Source: Betaproteobacteria bacterium
GTDB lineage: Bacteria; Pseudomonadota; Gammaproteobacteria; Burkholderiales; SG8-41
Reading direction: 5' to 3'
Assembly: GCA_016192825.1 (NCBI GenBank)
Contig: JACPTK010000053.1
Location: forward strand, 2,173-66,172
DNA: 64,000 bases
Below, piece by piece: positions 57,511-64,000 of the stretch. Each line of letters begins with the position of its first letter. Position 1 is the first letter of the stretch. The notes beneath the pieces were generated by a model, which saw only the letters and a list, made by a program, of their open reading frames with translations, had not been told where the DNA came from and ran no database searches. Position numbers and translations under genes: made by a program.

Positions 57511-59286
57511 ATGAACATCATGACCGAAGCGAAGAATCTCACCACGTCGAGCAAGGCCGGGGGCGGCAAGGTGCGCATGACGCCATCCGAGGCGTTCATC
57601 GAAACCCTGGTCGCGCACAAGGTGAAGGACGTGTTCGGCATCGTCGGCTCGGCCTACATGGACGCGCTCGACCTCTTTCCCGGCGGCGGCATCCGGCTCT
57701 ACAGCGTCGCGCACGAGCAGAACGCCGCGCACATGGCCGACGGTTACGGGCGCGTCACCAACCGCCCGACGGTGTGCATCGCGCAAAACGGTCCCGGCGT
57801 CACCAATTTCGTCACCGCGGTGGCGGCGGCGTACTGGGCGCATACCCCGATGGTGGTGGTGACGCCCGAGTCGGGCAGCCTGACGGCGGGGCATGGCGGC
57901 TTCCAGGAAACCGAGCAGATGCCGATCTTCTCGAAGATCACCAAGTGGCAGGTGCACGTGAATTCGCCGCTGCGCATGGCGGAGCTGATGCACCGGGCAT
58001 TCACCATCGCGCTGCACGAGCGCGGGCCCGTGCAGGTGAACATTCCCCGCGACTATTTCTACGGCGAAGGCGAATACGAGATCCTGCCGCCGCTGGTCAT
58101 CGAGCGCGCTGCGGGCGGTTCGAACGCCCTCGACCGGGCGGCGAAGATGCTGGCCGAGGCGAAGTTCCCGGTCATCCTGTCGGGCGGCGGCGTCGTGATG
58201 TCGGACGGCATCGACGAGGTGAAGGCGCTCGCCGAGCACCTCACCGCGCCGGTGGTGAACAGCTATCTCCACAACGACTCGTTCCCGGCGAGCCATCCAC
58301 TCGCGTGCGGTCCGCTCGGCTACCAGGGCTCGAAGGCGGCGATGCGGATCATCTCGCGCGCCGACGTGGTGCTGGCGCTCGGCACGCGTCTGGGGCCGTT
58401 CGGCACCCTGCCGCAACACGGAATCGATTACTGGCCGAAAGACGCGAAGATCATCCAGATCGACGCCGACCATCGCACGCTGGGCCTGGTGAAGAAAGTC
58501 TCGCTCGCGATACAGGGCGACGCCAGACTCGCGGCCGCGGAACTGCTGAAGCGGCTGAAGGCCCGCGGCGCGCGGAAGCCCGAGAAGGCGCGGCTCGTGG
58601 AGGTGCAGCGGGAGAAGGAAGCCTGGATCGCCGAGCTCGCCAACTGGCATTCGCCCAACAAGAAGGGCCAGATCGGCCCGCGCCGGGCGCTCGCGCAACT
58701 GGCGAAGGCGCTGCCGCGCAACGCGATGGTCTCCACCGACATCGGCAACGTGTGCTCGGTCGCGAACAGCTATCTGCGCTTCGAGCAGCCGCTCTCGTTC
58801 CTCGCGGCGATGAGCTGGGGCAATTGCGGCTACGCGTATCCCACGGCGCTCGGCGCCAAGGTGGCGCGTCCCGACCGGCCGGCGATCGCCTACGTCGGCG
58901 ACGGCGCCTGGGGCATGAGCCTCGCCGAAGTGATGACCGCGGTGAAGGAGAAGATTCCGGCGGTGGCGGTGGTGTTCAATAACGGGCAGTGGGGCGCGGA
59001 GAAGAAGAACCAGATCGACTACTTCGACAACCGCTTCGTCGGCACCAATCTGGCGAACCCGGATTTCTCGGAGGTTGCGCGCGTGATGGGCGCCGAAGGC
59101 TACCGCGTGGAGCATGACGACGAGGTCTCCGACGCGCTCAAGGCGGCGCTCAAGTCCGGCAAGCCCTCGGTGGTCGAGATCATGCTGACGCAGGAGCTGG
59201 GCGAGCCGTTCCGCCGCGATGCCTTCCGCAAGCCGCGCCGGCTGCTGCCCAAGTACCGGCGGTACAGCGCCAAAGAGTACCGCTGA
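57511..59286 (+). CDS. xsc: Thiamine-diphosphate enzyme, sulfoacetaldehyde acetyltransferase (Xsc)-like
   Basis: ORF 57412..59286 trimmed to ATG 57511 (AGGAGA upstream), giving 591 aa. IAQNGPGVTNFVTAVAAAYWAHTPMVVVTPE...GGFQETEQM and the ThDP motif GDGAWGMS...NN are present. The family call is firm; the Xsc function rests on similarity of pattern and the tauE neighbour. Confidence 0.65.
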   Translation: MNIMTEAKNLTTSSKAGGGKVRMTPSEAFIETLVAHKVKDVFGIVGSAYMDALDLFPGGGIRLYSVAHEQNAAHMADGYGRVTNRPTVCIAQNGPGVTNFVTAVAAAYWAHTPMVVVTPESGSLTAGHGGFQETEQMPIFSKITKWQVHVNSPLRMAELMHRAFTIALHERGPVQVNIPRDYFYGEGEYEILPPLVIERAAGGSNALDRAAKMLAEAKFPVILSGGGVVMSDGIDEVKALAEHLTAPVVNSYLHNDSFPASHPLACGPLGYQGSKAAMRIISRADVVLALGTRLGPFGTLPQHGIDYWPKDAKIIQIDADHRTLGLVKKVSLAIQGDARLAAAELLKRLKARGARKPEKARLVEVQREKEAWIAELANWHSPNKKGQIGPRRALAQLAKALPRNAMVSTDIGNVCSVANSYLRFEQPLSFLAAMSWGNCGYAYPTALGAKVARPDRPAIAYVGDGAWGMSLAEVMTAVKEKIPAVAVVFNNGQWGAEKKNQIDYFDNRFVGTNLANPDFSEVARVMGAEGYRVEHDDEVSDALKAALKSGKPSVVEIMLTQELGEPFRRDAFRKPRRLLPKYRRYSAKEYR

Positions 59287-59312
59287 CAGGAGCTTGATTG
59301 GAATGGGAAAAA

Positions 59313-59338
59313 AGCCGGCGCCCCGCGCCGGCTTTTTT
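59313..59338 (+). terminator. Rho-independent terminator after the xsc-like gene
   Basis: AGCCGGCG-ccccg-CGCCGGCT followed by TTTTTT. It is preceded by an A-run, so it may work in both directions. Confidence 0.75.
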
Positions 59339-59343
59339 GGTTA

Positions 59344-60402
59344 GTGGGCGCTAACTGGGGGAGCCGCTTGAGCACGCACCAGGGGCCGGGGGCCAAAGCG
59401 GCGAAGTTGAGCGACGTGGCCCGGCTCGCGCGGGTTTCCACCGCCACCGTCTCGCGCGCGCTGACCTGCCCCGACAAGGTCAAGCCGGCGACCGCCGCGC
59501 GCATTCGCCAGGCGGTGCAGACGCTGGGCTACGTCGCGCACGGGGCGGCGCGCGCGCTCGCCTCGCGGCGCACGCGCACCATCGGCGCGGTGATCCCGAC
59601 GCTCGACAACGCGATCTTCGCCAACACCGCCCACGCGCTGCAGAAGACGCTGGACGACGCGGGTTACACCCTGCTGCTCGCGAGCCACGAGTTCGACGCC
59701 GATGTCGAGGCGCGCGTGACGCAGGCGCTGGTCGAGCGCGGCGTGGACGGGCTGGTGCTGCTAGGCACCACGCACCACCCGAGCGTGCTGCGCATGCTGG
59801 ACACGCACCAGATTCCGTACGTGCTGACCTGGGCGCTCGACGCGAGCGGTCGCCATCCCTGCGTCGGCTTCGACAGCCGTGACGCGGCGGTGCGCATCAC
59901 GCGCCACCTGATCGATCTCGGCCACCGCGAGTTCGCGATGATCTCGGGCGTGACCGCCGGCAACGAGCGCGCGGCCGCCCGGCTGGAGGGCGTGCGGCAG
60001 GCCCTCGCCGCGCGCGGCATCGCGCTCGCCCCGGAACGGGTGGTGGAGAAGCCGTACACGCTCACGGCCGGGCGCGAAGGGCTGCGCGAAGTGCTGCGCG
60101 GCCCGCCGCGCCCGACCGCGGTGATCTGCGGCAACGACGTGCTCGCGATCGGCGCGCTCGCGGAGTGCCATGCCCAGGGATTCGCCGTACCGCTCGATAT
60201 CTCGGTGACGGGTTTCGATGACCTGGAAATTGCCGCCGTGGTCACGCCGGCACTCACCACGGTGCACTTTCCGACCGCGGATCTGGGCACCTACGCCGCG
60301 CAGCATTTGCTCGCGCGGCTGGCCGGGAAGCCGTTCGCGATGCGCACGGAATTGCCGGTGGAGCTGGTGGTGCGGGCGAGCACCGCTCCGCCTGCGGCGT
60401 AG
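59344..60402 (+). CDS. LacI-family transcriptional regulator
   Basis: The HTH is KLSDVARLARVSTATVSRAL, followed by a periplasmic-binding-fold domain. The true start is probably a few codons into the ORF. Confidence 0.85.
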   Translation: MGANWGSRLSTHQGPGAKAAKLSDVARLARVSTATVSRALTCPDKVKPATAARIRQAVQTLGYVAHGAARALASRRTRTIGAVIPTLDNAIFANTAHALQKTLDDAGYTLLLASHEFDADVEARVTQALVERGVDGLVLLGTTHHPSVLRMLDTHQIPYVLTWALDASGRHPCVGFDSRDAAVRITRHLIDLGHREFAMISGVTAGNERAAARLEGVRQALAARGIALAPERVVEKPYTLTAGREGLREVLRGPPRPTAVICGNDVLAIGALAECHAQGFAVPLDISVTGFDDLEIAAVVTPALTTVHFPTADLGTYAAQHLLARLAGKPFAMRTELPVELVVRASTAPPAA

Positions 60403-60549
60403 ACTAGGAAATTAGCCGCCAAGACGCAAAGACGCCAAGGAAATCCCAACCCTTTATTCCCTCTTGGCGTTTCATCAGCCGTAGCGTACGGCGGCAAACC
60501 TCGAATTATTGTTTCCGTCTTTGCGCCTTCGCGCCTTTGCGGCTATTTT

Positions 60550-61428
60550 CTAAACATGAGCGAGCAACTGCTCGATCAGGCGCTCCGCCTGCGCGCCGTA
60601 GCCGCCGCCGAAGAGATTGAGGTGGTTCAGGACGTGGTAGAGGTTGTAGAGATGCTTGCGCACCTCGTATCCTGCGTCGAGGGGGTACTCCGTGCGGTAG
60701 GCCTCGTAGAACGACCGCGGGAAGCCGCCGAAGAGCTCGGTCATGGCGAGGTCCGCCTCGCGGTCGCCGTAGTAGACCGCGGGGTCGAACACAACCGGCT
60801 CGCCGCCGGCATCCATTGCGGCGTTGCCTGACCACAGGTCGCCGTGCAGCAGCGAAGGGGGCGGGACGTGGCCCGCGAAAAATGCGGGCAGCTTCTCCAT
60901 CAGCCGTGCCCCGCTCGCCATCAGCCCGCCGCCGCCTTTTGATGCCGCGAGCTTGAGCTGGAAACCCAGCCGCCGCTCGCGCCAGAACGCGATCCAGTCA
61001 TCGGACCAGGCGTTCACCTGCGGCGTGGCGCCGATGGTGTTGTCGCGGTTCCAGCCGTAGCGCCCGCCTTCCACGCGGTGCAGGCGCGCGAGGTTTCGCC
61101 CCAGCGTTCGCATCGCCTTGTCGTCGGCCGCCCTGAGCTCGAAATGCTCCAGCACGATCCAGCTGGCGGCCGGGGACGCGCCGTGACAGAGGGGGCGCGG
61201 CACGCGGACCGTCTTGGTGCGCCCGATCTCGTCCAGACCGGCCGCTTCGGCGGAAAACATTTGGGCCCGGTCCGGCGCATTAAGCTTGACGAAGAAGGCG
61301 CGCCCATGGCCTCGGATGACATGGCTCTCATTGATGCATCCGCCCCCGATTCCGACACGCGACGCGATAGCAAAGGGCGCGCCTGATGCTTCGCGGATCG
61401 ACCGTTCGATATCCGGCCACGGGTTCAT
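60550..61428 (-). CDS. Fructosamine/ketosamine kinase-family protein
   Basis: ORF 60550..61677 trimmed to ATG 61428. LLHGDLWSGN and DPAVYYGDRE are kinase-family motifs. Confidence 0.8.
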   Translation of the reverse strand: MNPWPDIERSIREASGAPFAIASRVGIGGGCINESHVIRGHGRAFFVKLNAPDRAQMFSAEAAGLDEIGRTKTVRVPRPLCHGASPAASWIVLEHFELRAADDKAMRTLGRNLARLHRVEGGRYGWNRDNTIGATPQVNAWSDDWIAFWRERRLGFQLKLAASKGGGGLMASGARLMEKLPAFFAGHVPPPSLLHGDLWSGNAAMDAGGEPVVFDPAVYYGDREADLAMTELFGGFPRSFYEAYRTEYPLDAGYEVRKHLYNLYHVLNHLNLFGGGYGAQAERLIEQLLAHV

Positions 61429-61499
61429 GGCGCTTGTCGGCGGCCCGATAAACCCAAAAGAGCCCGCGAATGAACGCGGTGGAAATCCGTCGGAAATCG

Positions 61500-62894
61500 T
61501 TACGCTAACGATTTCCGCGCCTTGGCGATCGCCGCCTTCACGCGCACCGGCGCAGTGCCGCCGAGGTGGGTGCGGCTCTGCAGCGACCCTTCCAGCGTGA
61601 GCACGGCGAGCGCATCCTTGCCGATCGCCGGCGAGAAGCGCTGCAGTTCCGAGACCTTGAGCTCGGCAAGCTGGCAACCGCGCGACTCAGCGTAGCGCAC
61701 CGCCTGCGCCACCGCTTCGTGCGCTTCCCGGAACGGCACGCCCTTCCTCACCAGGTACTCGGCGAGGTCGGTGGCGGTGGCGTGCCCCTGGCGCGCCGCG
61801 GCCTCCATCTCCTCGCGGTTGACCTTGATGCCCGGGAGCATCTCGGCGAACACCGCAAGACTCAGGGTCAGCGTGTCCACGGCGTCGAACAGCGGCTCCT
61901 TGTCCTCCTGGTTGTCGCGGTTGTAGGCGAGCGGCTGCGCCTTCATGAGCGTCAGCAGCGCCACCACGTGCCCGTTCACGCGTCCGGTCTTGCCGCGGAT
62001 CAGCTCCGCCACGTCCGGGTTCTTCTTCTGCGGCATGATCGAGGAGCCCGTGCAGAAGCGGTCGGCGAGCTCGACGAAGCCGAAGCGCGGGTTCGTCCAG
62101 AGGATGAGCTCCTCGCAAAAGCGCGAGAGGTGCATCATCACGAGCGCCGCCCCGGCACAGAATTCGATGGCGAAGTCGCGGTCGGACACGGCGTCGATCG
62201 AGTTCTCGCACACCCCGTCGAAGCCCAGCTCCTTCGCGACCATGAGGCGGTCGATCTGGAAGGAAGTGCCCGCCAGCGCCGCGGCGCCGAGCGGCAGCCG
62301 GTTCAGCCGCTTCCTGCAGTCGGCGAGGCGCTGCGCATCGCGCGCGAGCATCTCGAAGTAGGCGAGCAGGTGGTGACCAAACGACACCGGCTGCGCCACC
62401 TGCAGGTGCGTGTAACCCGGCATCACGGTCTCGGCGTGCGCGTCGGCGAGCTCGAGCAGCGCGCGCTGCACGGACTTGATGAGGGCGAGCGCCTGGTCGA
62501 TGGCCGCGCGCAGGTAGAGGCGCACGTCGGTCGCCACCTGATCGTTGCGCGAGCGCGCGGTGTGCAGCCGCTTGCCCGGCTCGCCGACGAGCTCGGTCAG
62601 GCGCCTCTCGATGTTGAAGTGCACGTCCTCGTGCGCTTCCGACCACGGGAAGCTGCCGGCGCGGATTTCCGACAGAATCTGCGCCAGCCCCTTCTCGATC
62701 GCCGCCAGGTCGCCCTTCGCGATGACCCCCACCGCGTGCAGCATGCGTGCGTGCGCGACCGAGGCCTCGACGTCGAACTCGGCGAGCCGGCGGTCGAAGC
62801 CGACCGAGGCGGTGAAGCGCTGCACGAGCTCGGTCGCGGGCTCGCCGAACCGTCCCGACCACGGCGCGTTCCTGGTCTTGTCGTTTGCGGGCAT
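61500..62894 (-). CDS. argH: Argininosuccinate lyase
   Basis: 464 aa with WSGRF..., [10 protein letters not shown] and [12 protein letters not shown] (the fumarate-lyase signature). Confidence 0.95.
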   Translation of the reverse strand: MPANDKTRNAPWSGRFGEPATELVQRFTASVGFDRRLAEFDVEASVAHARMLHAVGVIAKGDLAAIEKGLAQILSEIRAGSFPWSEAHEDVHFNIERRLTELVGEPGKRLHTARSRNDQVATDVRLYLRAAIDQALALIKSVQRALLELADAHAETVMPGYTHLQVAQPVSFGHHLLAYFEMLARDAQRLADCRKRLNRLPLGAAALAGTSFQIDRLMVAKELGFDGVCENSIDAVSDRDFAIEFCAGAALVMMHLSRFCEELILWTNPRFGFVELADRFCTGSSIMPQKKNPDVAELIRGKTGRVNGHVVALLTLMKAQPLAYNRDNQEDKEPLFDAVDTLTLSLAVFAEMLPGIKVNREEMEAAARQGHATATDLAEYLVRKGVPFREAHEAVAQAVRYAESRGCQLAELKVSELQRFSPAIGKDALAVLTLEGSLQSRTHLGGTAPVRVKAAIAKARKSLA

Positions 62895-63061
62895 GCGGCC
62901 TGCTAAAATTTATGCGGTCGTTTCAACAACCGGGCTGAGGCCCGGAGGAATGGATGCCAGCGGTCGTCCGTGAGCCATCAGCAATCAGGTTTCAGCGATC
63001 CGCCGGCGACGCCCGGGTTGAAGCCGGCTGCTGAGAGCCGACCGTCGAGCGCACAATCTAC

Positions 63062-64000
63062 ATGGCGAGAAGTATAAATCAAAACGCCTACACGGGCGCC
63101 CTGCCGAGCTTCCGCAATCTCGGCATCCTGCTGCGCATTCTGATCATCGCCAACGTGCTCGCGTTCGCCGTGGCGGTGGCGAAAAGCAGCGACCTCGGCA
63201 CGCTCTGGCGGCAGACCATCGAGATCTCCTCGCTGGTCGAGCCGATGCTCATCCTGAGCCTGCTCGCCCTGGCGGCGCTGAACGACGTGTTGCGGCGCGC
63301 GCCGTACTGGCTCGGGGCGTTCGCAGTGCTCGCGCTGGAGCTGGCGCTCACGACGGCGCTGTATTTCTCGGGGCGCGCCCTGCTGTGGGCGGAACCCGCG
63401 CCGCTCGTGCGCTACTGGCTGCTGGTCGCGCTCGCCACGGCGGCGCTGCTCGTCTACTTCGACCTGCGCGGCCGGGCGCTGTCGCCCGCGCTCACGGAGG
63501 CGCGTCTGCAGGCGCTCCAGGCGCGCATTCGCCCCCATTTCCTGTTCAACAGCCTCAACGCGGTGCTGTCGCTGATCCGGCAGGACCCCCGCCGCGCGGA
63601 GACGGCGCTGGAGGACATGGCCGATCTGTTCCGCACGCTGATGGCCGACAACCGCGAGCTTGCCCCGCTCGCGCGCGAAGTCGAGCTGTGCCGACAGTAC
63701 CTGGACCTCGAGCAGTTGAGGCTCGGCGAGCGGCTGAAGGTCGAATGGCGCACGGACCGCATGCCGCGCGACGCCGTGGTCCCGCCGCTGGTGCTGCAGC
63801 CGTTGCTCGAGAACGCGGTCTACCACGGCATCGAGCCGCGGGTCGAGCCCGGCGTGGTGAGCATCGAGATCTACGCCGCCGGCGACGAGGTGCACGCGGT
63901 GCTGCGCAACCCCTACCGGCAGGGCGGCAACCACCACGCGGGCAACAAGATGGCGCTCGCCAACATCCGCGAGCGCCTGCAGCTGCATTTCGACGCGGAA
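63062..64000 (+). CDS. LytS/AlgZ(FimS)-type sensor histidine kinase, 5' part (runs off the window end)
   Basis: The frame is open from ATG 63062 to the window end, so it is not in the ORF track. It has a hydrophobic N-terminus, then QARIRPHFLFNSLNAVLSLIR (the His_kinase motif) and LVLQPLLENAVYHG. Confidence 0.8.
   Translation, partial: MARSINQNAYTGALPSFRNLGILLRILIIANVLAFAVAVAKSSDLGTLWRQTIEISSLVEPMLILSLLALAALNDVLRRAPYWLGAFAVLALELALTTALYFSGRALLWAEPAPLVRYWLLVALATAALLVYFDLRGRALSPALTEARLQALQARIRPHFLFNSLNAVLSLIRQDPRRAETALEDMADLFRTLMADNRELAPLAREVELCRQYLDLEQLRLGERLKVEWRTDRMPRDAVVPPLVLQPLLENAVYHGIEPRVEPGVVSIEIYAAGDEVHAVLRNPYRQGGNHHAGNKMALANIRERLQLHFDAE

Overview
Visibly GC-rich proteobacterial chromosome window (I did not compute GC). 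Gene content and synteny look betaproteobacterial: hemA-prfA-prmC-grxD, argH next to a LytS-type kinase, many Bug/TctC binding proteins. Most of the window is housekeeping and CoA-ester metabolism: pit, two acyl-CoA dehydrogenases, ridA, recG, ubiA, ubiD, dacB, bioA, groESL, CoA-transferases, a MaoC hydratase, a CitE-like lyase, prpB-like, an xsc-like TPP enzyme, and argH.

Four accessory insertions stand out:
1. 1-4845: the right-hand part of an integrase island. It ends at a 45-nt tRNA-Ala-like 3' half followed by a terminator.
2. 18596-32302: a 13.7-kb Mu-type transposable element. It has TG...CA ends, matching terminal and sub-terminal repeats, and a perfect 5-bp target duplication (CTAAC). 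It sits 3 bp upstream of the -35 box of the groESL promoter/CIRCE. It keeps repressor, ner, the A and B transposition genes, gemA and two Mor paralogs. Its late region holds only a scaffold-like gene, a capsid-like gene, a tape-measure gene and one small ORF.
3. 34.6-37.2 kb: a heavily rearranged tRNA-Phe locus. Two tandem tRNA-Phe pseudo-copies each carry the same D-loop and anticodon-loop insertions. They are followed by one intact tRNA-Phe, an inverted 5' fragment, a 1.9-kb islet with an XRE/AbiEii-like toxin-antitoxin pair, and a 3'-half direct repeat.
4. 44.1-46.2 kb: a toxin-antitoxin islet with an hsdR fragment, phd/vapC, a GxxExxY protein and ccdAB. It splits a CoA-ester catabolic cluster.

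Several families of short tandem repeats (7-bp and 15-bp units) and REP/MITE-like palindromes lie at gene boundaries. All calls come from reading the sequence and ORF translations by eye. No database search was run.
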